Positions 40,980 through 54,200 of a stretch of 64,000 bases of DNA are shown here, piece by piece. Source of the stretch: Epithemia pelagica. Its lineage: Eukaryota > Protista > Bacillariophyta. The stretch is from the NCBI GenBank assembly GCA_946965045.2, contig OX337228.1, positions 2,604,001 to 2,668,000 on the forward strand. The letters are read 5' to 3'. The notes below the pieces were generated by a model that saw only the letters and a program-made list of their open reading frames with translations, was not told the DNA's origin and did no database searches. Made by a program: the position numbers and the translations under genes. Position 1 is the stretch's first letter. Each line of letters starts with the position of its first letter.

Positions 40980-43900
40980 CTATTGTGCTGGTGTGCTGTT
41001 CTCGGACGAAGAACCCTCATTGAAGGCCACTTTGTACACTTGATCGTATTCATCGACAAAGTGAATTTCAAGGCCCTCTTGTAGGTATTCGGGGATTTCG
41101 TCAAATTCGCGACGACAGGCTGTCGGGAGTATCACAGTGGTTATTCCAGCACGTCGGGCTGCCATTATTTTTTCCTTGATCCCACCCACGGCCAAGACCT
41201 TTCCGGTCAAACTCACTTCGCCAGTCATGGCAACATCGCTTCGAACCGATTTACCAAGGGCCAAGGACAATAAAGACGTAACCATGGTGATTCCTGCCGA
41301 TGGTCCATCTTTGGGTGTGGCTCCCTCCGGCACGTGCATGTGTATGTCTGTCGTATCAAAAAAGTTGTTTTCCCCCGAGGGATCCCATTCTCGTACTTTG
41401 GAACGTGCGACAGTATAGGCAATCTGTGAACTTTCCTTCATCACATCGCCCAATTGACCAGTAACCTTCAATGTACCACCACCACCACCAGTTGGTTTAC
41501 CGTCGGCGTCCATATCTCGGCCCCGTTTGATCCCTTGAGTTTCAATATACAAGGCGGAACCACCCATGGAGGTGTACGCCAAGCCCATGACAACGCCATG
41601 CGGTAAAGGTCCATCTTCGTATAGTCGGTCACTGGTAAAGACTGGTTTTCCAACATAATCTGCCAGGTTTTCGTCGTTCACCAACCATGTGTCCGATTGA
41701 CGTCGACTTTTCTTGGTCAATTCAGCACCCTCACTTTCTGCCACCACCTGCAAGGCCAGCTTTCTGGTAATCTTGTCAATGTATTTGGCCAAATTTCGTA
41801 CCCCTGCTTCTCTCGCGTACCACCGAACCAAATTTCTGATCGCATCCGTAGCAATATAGAGAGATTCGGGAACTCCCTTTGCATGTGTATATTTCTCTAA
41901 TGGAGTGGTTCCTTCTTCCTCTTCAACTTCGTCCTTGACCTCCTCCTTTTTGTCTTTGTCCACATCTGACGAAGCACGAGCAGTTTCAGCATCCGTAGTT
42001 GTCTCTTTTGATAAAGATTCGCCCTCAACCTTTTTCTTTGAAGTCTTTTCTACCATAAGACCACTATCTTTCATGGATCGCGGAACGAGGTATTGTTCTG
42101 CAATGGCTACCTTCTCCGGGAAGTCGTATCCAGACAACCGAATCACTTCCATCCGATCCAATAGGGGCCCAGGAATGCGTTCCAATTCATTAGCGGTACA
42201 AATGAACAATACCTTGCTGATATCAACTGGAACATCCAGAAAGTAATCCCGAAATGTCGAGTTTTGCGATGGGTCCAAAACCTCCAGCAAGGCGCTCGAT
42301 GGATCTCCTCGAAATCCGCCGCCCAAGCCCACCTGATGAACAAAACGGTCAAACAATCAAGAGAGTTTTAGAGTCGGAACTGAAGATAACAATTAAACCA
42401 TACGACAATCATAAACGAACCTTGTCAATTTCGTCCACGAGAACAACCGGGTTGGTACTGCCTGTACTTTTCAAGCATTGTACAATTTTTCCTGGCATGG
42501 CGCCGACATAGGTTCTTCGGTGTCCCTTGATTTCGCTCACGTCACTCAGACCTCCCACCGAGAAGCGATAAAAATCTCGTCCCAAGGATTCCGCCACAGC
42601 CTTGGCAATGGACGTTTTACCCGTTCCGGGTGGTCCCACGAGACAAAGAATTTTACCCTGCACACTCCCCACAAGTTTTCCAATTGCAATGAATTGCAAT
42701 ATCGTATCTTTGACATCTTCCAGTCCATAATGATCCCGATCCAAGGTTTTGCGTGCCTTGACAATATCAAAATTCTCATCCTTGAGGACCCCCCATGGGA
42801 TACCCACCAACCAATCCAAGTACGATCTTGTCACATTGTATTCGGGTGAATTTTTCTCCAGAGTACTAAACTTTTCAATTTCTTCTTGAATGGTAGCCAT
42901 GGCATCCTCAGGAACGTGAGGATATTCCGACAAGGTTTTACGATATTTTTCAATCAAGGCCTCCTTGTCGTCTCGTTCCATACCCAGTTCCTTTTTTATG
43001 CTTTTGAGTTGTTCGGTCAAAAAGTACTTGCGTTGTGCCTCTGTCATTTTCTCTTCAACCTTTTCAGATATCTCTTTTTGCAGTTTTGATACCTCTCTTT
43101 CCTTGTTTAACAACACCAGAGCCTTGTGCAATCGTTGTTCTGGATCTTTCTCCTCCAAGACGGCTTGCAAATCTTCCGGCGTTCCACTGGCTGATATGCT
43201 GGCGGCAAAGTCTGCCAATTTGAAAGGATTATCTCCCTGTACCCGCATGGGAAAGAATTGCAGAGACTCCCGAAAGAGTGCATTGACCTGGGCCACTTCA
43301 CGAATGGTGGAAATAATTTCATTGGACAAGGCTCGTATAGACTGGCTTGATGTTTCAGGATATTCCAAACGAGGCCAATGTTTGACTTCCACATCAATGG
43401 GAGGTCCAAAGCCGTCGACCATGACCAAGTCAACTCGACGATGAGCAAGCAAGATCATGGTGGCCGAGTGACTCGAAACGGCCGTGGTTGTAGTATTGGT
43501 TGTAACAGACTTTTTGTTATTGCCGTTGCTGTTGTCATTCTCTTCGTCATCTTCTCCATTGTTGTTGGTTCGTTGAATGCGTTGAATTTGTGCAAAAGTT
43601 CCGACACGGTAAATGTCGTTTTCATTTTGAATCAATTCGGGTGCCGGCAAATGCACGCCCCCTTCCGTGACACCCGTCGCCATGTTTCGTCGGAGAAAGG
43701 TACTAATATAGGCGGGTTGTCCATTGCTACTTTCGGTCAAATTTTCAAATGCTTCAATCGTCGCTTCATCGGTCAATGTGACGGACGTAATCAGACCAGG
43801 GAACAAGGGTCGTGATACCAAAGGCAAGGCTAACGTGTGGGGCAATCGTGGAACGTCTTCCCCAAAAGTCACTCGAGATGGTAAAATGACTGGCGAAACT

Positions 43901-44181
43901 TCTCGTTTGGCGTCGCCATTGCTTTTCGGGGTCTTGTTGTCTTCTTCCTTGTTAGGACTGTCATCCGATGACGACGACGACGAAGAAGAAGAAGAAGACG
44001 ACGATCCATCGTCTTTCGACCAACACGTTACGGACGATGCATAATTTCGCCAGCCGTAAGGGCCACGCAGTGCACCCCCAAAGGAGAGTCGCTCATGGTG
44101 GTTGTTGTTGTGGAATTTTCGTTGAACGGCACTACGCAATTGCGCCTGTGTTCGGCTTGTCAGAAACGGCAAGCGAACCAT
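40980..44181 (-). CDS. LON: Mitochondrial Lon protease; exons 44181-42421 and 42332-40980
   Basis: Walker A GPPGTGKTS, Walker B LVDEIDK, catalytic PKDGPSAG and GGIKEK. An 88-nt GT-AG intron (42333-42420) joins IDK to VGLGGGFRGDP. Confidence 0.96.
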
Positions 44182-45976
44182 CTGTGTGGATGTGTGGTAC
44201 GGAACAGTGGAGTTTAAAAAGGGCACCAGCCAACGGACTCAATGTGCCTTTCTCTTGAACTGGCTCACCAGCAATTGTAATTTGTCAGCGCTACCACCAC
44301 CGAATGGGTGGTAACAAGGACGACAAGGACGAATGTGAAACAAATGGAAAGCCACCGATAATAGGTTCTGGCTCAGACTCTGGTCTCCCAGACACACATT
44401 CTGTGTTTGGAATGGAACACAATGGAGACCGACAGAAAAGATTTTGTGGTGATGTTGGATTTTAACAGCGACCAAACTTGTGTAAACCCCATCTCATCAT
44501 CTCATGAAAGTCCTTAAAACTTCTAAGTGTATTCGTTGATGAACGATAGGTATCAGAAATCGATCTTTCTTTCGGGAGCTATCGGATAGCTAACATAGCG
44601 CCTCCCACAAGTAGAGGAGCAACTCGCGATGCAGCCATACGAATACGACGTCCCTTTTACTCCTACTTGTTTCTACTGCGACATAGTTCAACATCTTTTT
44701 AGCCTGTGCTGCTCCTCCTTTCATGTTTCATCGATCCCATTCCTTATTCCCATAAAATGAATTTCTACGATCCATCCGACAAAACATTTGTTGATGACTT
44801 TGAGTCTACTCTCTAGGAAAAGCCCTTTGTACAGTCTACAGTCCTCATTCCTCATTGCCTTCCCTGTGGTAATGATGATAGAGGCGAAGAGGCCCTCAGG
44901 GCCTTGGGCAACGCATGGAGCCTACACAGAGATGACGACGACGACAATGATGAACGACGTGGGGTGCACGTCGTCATTTGGTCGACAAAATTTCGTTCAA
45001 CAACCAACCCTTGGCTTTGCCTGGAACTAAAGACGTGTGCAAGAGTCGACAAAAAGGAGTAGGTGGAACACACAAAATTTCATGGAGAGCCCTTCTGCAA
45101 CGGACGGGAACGCAGATCTCAATCGTATTAGTGGAACCATAACGTGGAGATGAGAGCAACTCCGTTGCTTTGGGGGGAACCTGGAGGGAGAACTCGTCCC
45201 TGGTGCCAGTGGGAACTGCGCATGTGTCCATAGTCCATACGAAATAGAGATGAGGGGAGAAGAAGGGGATCCCACAAACAATGCAATATACATTTCACTT
45301 AAGTGTGACTCGAGTCGGCCGAGTCCTAGATCTTTGAGCTTCCAGCAGACTCGCAATAAATAGGAGGTGGGTCACATATACGGCCTCATCTACTTTTCTA
45401 CTTGGAACTGATCGATTGGCGATAACAACAAAGTAACCTTATAAGTCCATTTTTTGTCTCTCCAGGTGGAGGGAGTTGCAGTGAAGACCACCAGGTCAAT
45501 GGACCAGATGAGCTTCCCTTCTCCAAAAAAGAGAACGGAACGCACATTTCTGATGATTCTTTTCTCGCCGCGCTCTCCATTTCTTTCCGAACCGTAGGCT
45601 GAGAGTCGCATGTACACTTTGGTCAATAGTAAACAGTTCGACTCCGAGCTGGGTACAGGTGTGCTGGCGCGCTGAAAGAAAGCCACGAACGACGTGGCCG
45701 AGAAGCTTTCTCATTTTTTGATGTCTCTGATGATCCAAAAAGGTTTCTTTTCTACCTGACACGTTTGGAAAAGCCAGAAGATGAGATGACAGTGACTTGG
45801 AGAGACACACAGGGCCGATACAAAAACCACTCCCAACGAACAGAATCGAGATGCGACGCTGCAACATTCGTGTGAATATGCCGAGGAGGGTCGTCTGTGC
45901 CAACAATGGCAACAAGATTGAAGAGGAAAATGATGAAAGGAGAGCAATCAGGAGACCTACGAGAAGGAGCGTCAAT

Positions 45977-48474
45977 ATGAAATCCTCTGTTTTTCGATTT
46001 CCCATGCTTCTTTTACTGGGTATCATCGCCAGCTCATTTGTTTGGAACCCAGTAGCTGCTTTAAACGAGGAAGAGGTCTGGGTGCACCTGGAAGATTCCG
46101 ACGCCGCTCATACACTGTTGTTTCCTTGGGTGACGCAATGTATTGGAGTTTGTCTGTTTTTCATCCTGACACGCTATGAAATCGCGGTGCCCTATCCGGC
46201 CTTACTCTTCCTTATTGGGACACTCATTGGATGGATGGCTGTATCGCGGGCTACTTCTGTCGACGAAACCCAAGATCTTGATCGATGGTCGACCAGCGTA
46301 TTGCAATGGAGTAATATCCAGTCGTCCGTGTTGCTCCTCGTCTTTTTGCCCGGTTTGATTTTTCGAGATGCCTTGTGAAGTCAATTTCAATCTGTTCATG
46401 GCGTCTCTTTCACAAATTCTTATTCTTGCGTTCCCAATGGTGCTCGTCGGAACCGTCATGACTGCAATGGTTGGATACTGGGTTGTCCCGGACGATTGGT
46501 CCTGGAGGTAAGTTGACACGATACGTTTGCTCGAATTATTCCTTCCACTGTCTCTCACCACAGTTGATGGTTGGGACCAGTCTGGCTGCTACACTGGGTG
46601 CTATTCTGGCAAGTACGGATCCGATTGCCGTCGGGTCCGTTCTCAAAAAGGCGGGCGCACCAGCTCGGTTGCAAATGCATATATCGGGAGAAAGTTTGCT
46701 CAACGACGGAAGCGCTGTTGTCTTCTTTACGATTTTCTCGCAACAATTTTTGTCCGAACTTGGATATGCGGATCCTGTCGGTATTGGAGAGGGATTTGCC
46801 ACATTTTTCCGTATGTCGCTGGGCGGCGTGGCAGTGGGCATTGCCTTTGCGGGTGGACTCTTGGTACTCTTGTACGAACTGGACCGTCGGTTGGAACCCG
46901 AATACAACGTCTTGCAGGTAGCAGTAGCTCTCACCATGGCCTATCTGTCCTACTATGAGAGCGAGCAAGTATGCAGCATGTCCGGAGTCATTGCTTGTGT
47001 AGTCTGTGGAATTGTCGTCCACGCTTTGGGGCGAGGGTTGATCAACGACAACAAAATGATGGACTCCTATCTGGCCTTGATGGAACATTTATTGAACACC
47101 CTACTTTTTACTCTTGGTGGAGTTGTGTGGGGAAAGGTTATTGCCGATGGAGATGGCAGCCATATTAACATGGTCGATGCCGCCTATCTCTTGCTGGTCT
47201 ATATTTTGGTCATGGTCATTCGTTTTATCCAAATGGGATTGTTTTATCCCATATTCTCTCGTGTCGGCTTGAAATCTGATTGGAGAGAAACTGCCTTTTT
47301 GGCCTACGGAGGCTTGCGAGGTGCCGTAGGTGTCGCCTTGGCACTGGCCCTGAATCGATCTGTGCGTGAAGTGACAGAGGATCCGGCTACTTTGCAAAAA
47401 ACAGAGTTGCTTGAATTCCTTGCGGGTGGCGTTACCCTTTTGACTCTGTTTGTCAATGGTTCGACGGCCGATCCCGTGTTGCGATGGTTGGGCTTGGCCA
47501 AACCTGTCACTTCACGAAAACGAGCCTTGCGACTCCTTCGATTCTCGGCCGAAGCCTTTGTGAACAAAGCGTACCAAGAGTTGGTCCTTCAAGCACGGTT
47601 TTCAAGGGCAAACCATTCCATTGTAAAGATGCATGTTCCTTTTGTAACAAATGAACCTGAGCAACAATGCCAAGGCCCTGTTCGACAGGGTTCTATGTTT
47701 TTGGACGATTTAAGTCCATGTCCACGGCTGTTGGATGTCACAGACCGAGGTTGCCCGAATGAAGTTGTTTTTGAACTTTGCCAAATCTTTGTCGAACTTT
47801 TGAGTGAGGCCTACAACAAGGAGCTTTCCAATGGTGAACTCGACGAGAGGGAAGACAATGGTCAGAATATTGATGTGCTGCGTCAGAGTGTAGTCTTCAC
47901 CGCCACCGATGTAGACCATTTGGAAAAGATTCACGATTGGGAGTATACTGAAAACTTCCGATACCAGGAAGACGTCAAGTCCTTCTTGATCCGAAAAATG
48001 TTGGAACTCACTGGTCGGACGCCAGACCACAATTGTGGCTACGACTACCAAAAGCATCGTATCTTGGTTCTTCGGTCGCTTGCGTTTATCGAAGCCCATC
48101 GACGAGCTGAGGAGAGATTGATTCAATATACAAAAGCATTGTCCATGACTTCTCTCGAAGAGGGAGATATCAATCTCCTCGTTGGTAATGGCACTGAAAC
48201 CGTGTTGGCGGAGAGTGAAGCGCAAGTGGGCAAGGCTAGAGAATTCTTGGAAGGCTTTGATGAGGAGGAGATTAACAACATTGTTTCTCGGTATGTTTCG
48301 AATATTCTGCTTCATCGACTGATTGGCTTCGTGGAGCAGAACGCCGAAGATGGAATTTTGACCAAGAAGGAGGCCAAGGGCTTTTTGGACAAGATTGATC
48401 GAAACATACAAGATACCCATACCTGTACTGCAGTAACGCCCAATTCTTCTTGGAACTCGTGGAACAGTGGATAA
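45977..48474 (+). CDS. Na+/H+ antiporter, CPA1 SOS1/NhaP-like; 1-nt frameshift at about 46375 and intron 46508-46580
   Basis: VFLPGLIF, LASTDPIAV, ISGESLLNDGSAVV, SGVIACV and GGLRGAVGVALAL. Splicing at 46508-46580 gives WSWSLAATLGAIL. Confidence 0.88.
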
Positions 48475-48843
48475 CTCTATTTTGGTCACCCCTTCGTCAG
48501 ATCGAGTACGCAAATGTCCATGACGTCCGCCTTTCGTATGTGTACTCGGATCGGTTCCGAGGATCCTCTCCAAGTCTCCAGCTGTGTACCTGCATACAAA
48601 AAAAGGACAGTGAAGACTTTCAAGACCGCATTATTAGACAACAGATTAGGATATTGCGGTAAACAGGAGTAGAGGAGCTCCCTTAGGAGTCTATGTTTAG
48701 CAAAAACAAATAATTATCTCCAGAAACAGTCCATATAGCATATAGGTAGGTAGCATAGATAGCGCGATTCCGCTAGTCCCTCCATCACTCCATCAAAGAT
48801 ACCAAAGATACCATCTCGTCACATCGCGATCACCGCAGAAAAA

Positions 48844-51096
48844 ATGATACTTTGGAAAGGATTCTTACGACACATGGTGATCCTTGGATCCAGAGCATCA
48901 TGTTTCCGCTCCTCGCGACGAATACCAACAACATTGATCCATCGTTGCAATGATTTTTCAGACTGTTTTCCCAATGGGTTCTTTCGGTTGGGTTTCTCCT
49001 CGTCGTCGTCGTTCTTTCATGATGATACCACTTCCTCCTCCTTCTCCTTGCCACGGCTGGATTCGCGGGTACCCCAAACGATTCAAACATCACTTTGTAG
49101 AGACATTCTTCCACAGGTTCTTGGTAGTCAGGTTCGGCCCAACCTGACGACACACCGCAGCAACAACAGTGAGAAACGTCCTACCGTTGTTTTCGTGTTG
49201 GGTGTGAGTGGAGGATGCGATTCGGTGGGCCTCTTCTATGGACTCATGGAGGTTCTGGGGCGGCAAAACGACAAACTTATGAGCTTCGACAATGACGACG
49301 ACAAAACGAAGGATCGGTTACGTGATGAGAACTGCAATGACACAACCTCAAAACTTGATTCTTCACCTACACTAAGTTTATGGTGTCAAAGCTTGAGTCA
49401 AGACAGTAGTACATCTGACATTGCATCAAGGACGTTCCAACCATATTCTGTCGAAGTTCACGCCGTTCATTTTGATCATCAACAGCGGGGATTGGAGAGT
49501 GATGGAGACAGATTGTTTGTTCATGACTTGTGTGCTCACTATCGGATACCTTTGACTTGCTATTATTGGAATCAAGACCACCATCACAATGCGGCAACCG
49601 ATGCCTCTCACTTTTCGCAAGATTCAGCCCGAAAATGGAGACAAGACCGAATGGAGGCCTTGCTTCGTGGTTTAGTTGTTTCCAATAAAAGCAAGACTTG
49701 TCGTCCAAGGGTGGGAATGATTCTATCGGCACATCACAAAGATGATTCCATGGAAAGTCTCTTGCTAAAACTCTTACGAGGGGTTCATATCACCAATCTA
49801 CAAGGAATGGAAACTGTTGTACGCCGACGCTATCGTCATGAAAATTCTCAGCTCCATGAACCACCGAGAAATCAACAATACAACGGCAACGCGGATGACA
49901 CGGCACTGGAAAAAGACAACACAGGCAAGGATAGTGAGGAAGACCGAGAGAAGGAGATGATGTCCTTCCTCTGGTACGCGCGACCACTCTTGTCGGTGTC
50001 CAAGGAAGAGATTATGGGTTTCCTTCGTCAAAGAGGCCATTCATGGAGAGAAGACTCGAGTAATCAGTCAAACAAATACCTGCGAAATCGAGTGCGCAAT
50101 GAACTGGTACCTTTGATGTCTACCCTTGGTGGAGGCAAACAGAACCTCTATCGTAGACTAGAACATTTGAGTCGACAAAGCCAACAAGTACAAAAGCATT
50201 TAAACAAAGAAAGCCTTGTCTATCGACAACGTCAAGGTATGTCCCCATCCACGATAGACGGCATTTTTCAGCTTCCGAAAGCATTTGTGGATACAAGTGG
50301 GCAGACATCGGAGATTGACTCTTTGGTCTTCCAACACGCACTCTACGACTGGATTCAAGAAACAATCTCCAGTCGCCATGAGGGTGCTGGCTTTCAAATC
50401 TCGTTTGAAAGAGTACAAAATGTTTATCATCAACTCCGAGCGTACTCCAAGAAGCAGCAATGGCGGTTGAATGTTGGTGAAGGATGGGATGTTGAACGAC
50501 AAGGGAGCATTCTCTGTATTGTGAAAACGCAGTCGATTGGAGACAATTCCACAATCAGAAGTGATGCGGACAAGGTTTCATTAGAATGGAGAATATGCAA
50601 AAGAGACAACGATGCCAGAGTCCCCTCCTCCGAAATTGACGCGAAGAATCGAGGTCACAACTTAAGAATATCTGTTCCAATAGCTTGGATCAACTGCGAT
50701 CGGCCTTTGGGGAGGGTTGCAAGGCTGTCTTTAGATTTTGTTCTCACCACCCTGGAAGCTATTCAGGAAGATTCGTCCGCCCTTTTCAGGGCACCGTGGT
50801 GGCCAGAAGACCGACGGCCAGTCCGTGTCAACGTGTTTCTTCGAGGTCAAAAGATCGCTCTTCATCAGAGAAGCCAAGCTCCCATTATTCTAGCTGTACG
50901 CAACGATCCCGTAGCCTCAAGAGATCATCAGCAAAGAAATATTTCAGTGGTTGCGATCTTTGTGGAAACAAAGGGAAAATGGATAGTGCACAGGGATTTT
51001 CTTGTGGAAGCGTACAATGACACTGAAACGATTTCGGATCACTACAGCATGCCTGATACCGATCGTGAAATCATTGAATTGGAAATAGCCTCATGA
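48844..51096 (+). CDS. tilS: tRNA(Ile)-lysidine synthetase, organellar
   Basis: GVSGGCDS, HFDHQQRG, AHHKDDSME, RPLLSVSKEEI and EDSSN...YLRNRVR. Confidence 0.92.
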   Translation: MILWKGFLRHMVILGSRASCFRSSRRIPTTLIHRCNDFSDCFPNGFFRLGFSSSSSFFHDDTTSSSFSLPRLDSRVPQTIQTSLCRDILPQVLGSQVRPNLTTHRSNNSEKRPTVVFVLGVSGGCDSVGLFYGLMEVLGRQNDKLMSFDNDDDKTKDRLRDENCNDTTSKLDSSPTLSLWCQSLSQDSSTSDIASRTFQPYSVEVHAVHFDHQQRGLESDGDRLFVHDLCAHYRIPLTCYYWNQDHHHNAATDASHFSQDSARKWRQDRMEALLRGLVVSNKSKTCRPRVGMILSAHHKDDSMESLLLKLLRGVHITNLQGMETVVRRRYRHENSQLHEPPRNQQYNGNADDTALEKDNTGKDSEEDREKEMMSFLWYARPLLSVSKEEIMGFLRQRGHSWREDSSNQSNKYLRNRVRNELVPLMSTLGGGKQNLYRRLEHLSRQSQQVQKHLNKESLVYRQRQGMSPSTIDGIFQLPKAFVDTSGQTSEIDSLVFQHALYDWIQETISSRHEGAGFQISFERVQNVYHQLRAYSKKQQWRLNVGEGWDVERQGSILCIVKTQSIGDNSTIRSDADKVSLEWRICKRDNDARVPSSEIDAKNRGHNLRISVPIAWINCDRPLGRVARLSLDFVLTTLEAIQEDSSALFRAPWWPEDRRPVRVNVFLRGQKIALHQRSQAPIILAVRNDPVASRDHQQRNISVVAIFVETKGKWIVHRDFLVEAYNDTETISDHYSMPDTDREIIELEIAS

Positions 51097-51248
51097 ATGA
51101 TAAAATAAGCTCTCGAGACATTCCGTGGGGCTATGCAATGTATGATAGGATTTCCTTTGAACTGTGCTTTAGACGTTCAGAGTTCAGAGCTACAGAAAAC
51201 TGACTTTTGCTCATTTACCATACCAGTAAGAATAGAAGAATGATAGAT

Positions 51249-54200
51249 CTAACCCAGCAAACTTTCATTGTCATCACTATCACCGCCTGAGCTCAAACCA
51301 CCACCATTATGTTGACTTCCATGCAGAGAGTTCGAGTTTCTCTTGGGTATGAATCGCTTCATGCCCAGACCAATCTTCGGAGCCTTCAAACCAAAACGAC
51401 GGCTCGATTTTCTCGCTGCCGTATTAACTGTATCGTCGTCACCAGAAAATTCACCGGAAAACTCCGTTGAAAGTAATCCCCGTTCGTTCTCGTCATCATC
51501 GTGATCTTCGGCGATTGTGGACATACCGAACATGGGCATACTTTGCTCTCGGTCAGACGAGGAATGACTGGAACCTTTACTGACCGCAGTGTTTCCAATG
51601 GATGGGAGATTCGACGATACCAATGACCCCATAGGAGGTGCACCTGGACCCAACGAGCCGAGCGGTGATTCTTGTGTAGCCATAAAGCTCTGAGAATCTG
51701 AGGCGAACAATCCTGATGATGTGTCTTCTACACCAATCTCTGATGTATCCATGGCACTGAGGCCCTGAGAACCGAATAAGCCTGAACCACCTCCGCCTCC
51801 ATATGCATCTTGTTGAGTAGTCTTTAGATCATCCAGATCTGACGTCGCGTCGGTATGCTCTGTTTTCCATCGATCAACTTGTTTGTCTCGATGAGACGAA
51901 TTTCCAAGACCAGATTTGCTGTTCGTCTGGTGAAAGGAGTTGCTCCGTTGTGATCTATCCATGTTTCGCTTCGTCTGGCTCTCCTTGGGGATTGGTTCAT
52001 TGTCGCTCCAACTGCTCCAACCAGAAGATGCGGCTTCCTTCCTCTGACGTTTGCTTTCCTCAAATTCCTTTTTCAGCAATGTAGTGGAGGTTCCACGCCG
52101 GTCTGACATTTCCTGTTTCAGGCTGGATACAGACATTGTTTTAACACGTTGCTGTCGCCTCATTTCTGTCTCCAAAATCTCTGCGGGATTAAGTTTCGGT
52201 CTCTTGGAAGAACGAATCTTTTTGCTAGAGCTCTTGTTTCGGGTGGAGTATCTCGATGCTTTCGTCATTTTAGACTTTGAACTTCGTTTGCTCGATGAGC
52301 TTATCGATTTGTCCTCTGAAGAACCAAATCCGTCACCATCATTATCGCTTTCTTCGTCTCCTAGCATGTCTCCAAAACATACCTCAAACGCTTCCGTACC
52401 CGCCGGATTCTCTTCCGCGTCGCTATCTTCTTCAAAGACTTCGCGGATCTTTGCCAGGAAATCGCTGCTGATCTTATCGTCCTCTTTCTTACCCTTCTTC
52501 TTGCTGCTCTTAGCCTTGCTCTCAAACAAACGAAAATATTGGTTTTCTTTGTCGTCGTCATCATCATCCCTCTTTTTGGTTTTCTTCGTAGACTTCCTAT
52601 CCTTTTTCCGACGGAAGTTTTCCCGTTGCTTCCGTTCAACCTCAATCGCTGTTGATACATCCGCGGACAAAGTGTCCCAGACATCGTCGAAATTTTCTTC
52701 ATCAGGCTCATCTTTCATCAAAGCCCGTTCCAATGCACTCAGGGAGGTCAAAGCATCGCGGCTCTCGTCCTCGTCAAAATCTCCGTCGTCATCCTTGCTG
52801 TCTTCTGGGCCGTCTTCCAACTCTTTGGGTTGATCGAATGGCTCCAAATCGTTGTCGCTGCCGTGTTTGACTGGTTCAGCAGCTACGTCGTTTTCCTCTT
52901 CTTCTTCGTTTTCAGAATCCTCTTCCACAATTGCGGCATTCACACCTTTCTCTGCTTTTGGCATCGGGGCAGGTCTTCGCTTCTTGAAATCCTTCTCCCA
53001 TGGACGAAATCCTTTTTCGGGAGCCGGCTCATCATTCACTTCTCTTGAGGTATCGAGAGCAACGTGTTGTTGGTCTGCGCCTGTCTTCTTTTTTAGATTC
53101 GTTGTCCCAACACTAACCTCGTCGCCATGGCGACTAACTTTTCGTACGTTGCTCTTTTTGAAATGAGCACCCAGCAAGCCACCCTGGTCTTTGCCTTTCT
53201 TTCCTTTCTTCTCTTTTTTCATCTTTTTCTTGTCGTCCTTTGAAGGGATTTGAGGCGCCGGCTTCTGGAAACTTCGGGGTTGAAAACTTGTTGTCGCAGA
53301 GGGCTGGGTTGGAGGGTTGTCCGGAGGAAGCTCTGCCGCCAGTCGAGCAAGCAGCTCCATAGTCTCACCTGATAGTTGACCGATTTGTTTCGATGGAGTT
53401 GGAGCAGCACCATTTGGTTGAGCTGCGCTATTAATGGGTTTGGTAGCAGCCATGGCTTTCTCACCGGTACTAGCGGCACTCGGAGCTCCCACTTTGGGTG
53501 CAGTCGAGACGGCGCCTGTCTTAGCTAAAGCTGACCCTCCCACTTGCTTGGTCTCGGATGCTGGTGGCCTTTTCATGTTCGCTAGGAGAGTATCTTTGGC
53601 TATCGAAGAAGCTGTTTTTCCTACTGCACCACTTGCACCATCCGTTCCAACTCCAGGCTTTGCATTGTCATCATTTGTCGTCGTTCCGCTGCTACTCGGC
53701 GGCTTTGGAGTTTCTCCTCCGAGCCCAAAACTGCTTGGCTTCTTCTTGGCATCACCACTCAGCCCAAGACTTGAAAAGAAAGAACCCCAAGTTCCACCCG
53801 TGTTTTGCTTTTGCATCTTGTCCACAGGAATTTGACTCCGAGTTATGGATGTGACATTCTCCAGGCGTAGCAAGGGGGCTTCTTTTACAACCAATTTGTA
53901 TGGCTTACCATCTTCTCCTTCAGAATCCGAATCCGAGTCAGAATCTGAATCTGAAGACGAGGAGTCGTCGTCCGATGAATCAGAACCTTCGTCCGTTTCT
54001 TTGTTTGTAACGGAAGCGAGTGGGGTGGTGTCCTTGTCAGACGATAAATCTACGCTGGTTTGGCTCATCCCTTCTTCTGACTTTCCTTTGTTGCTCCGTA
54101 TTTCAGCTTCCGACTCATCTTCCATGGTTTTGATGTCAGGCACATCCTTCGGGGTCTTGCCCTTACGACCTTTTTGCTTTTCATTTTTCGTCCCAAGATC

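Noticed and set aside
44300-45950. Short ORFs between Lon and the antiporter
   Set aside because: No recognisable motifs and inconsistent frames; treated as a divergent intergenic region.
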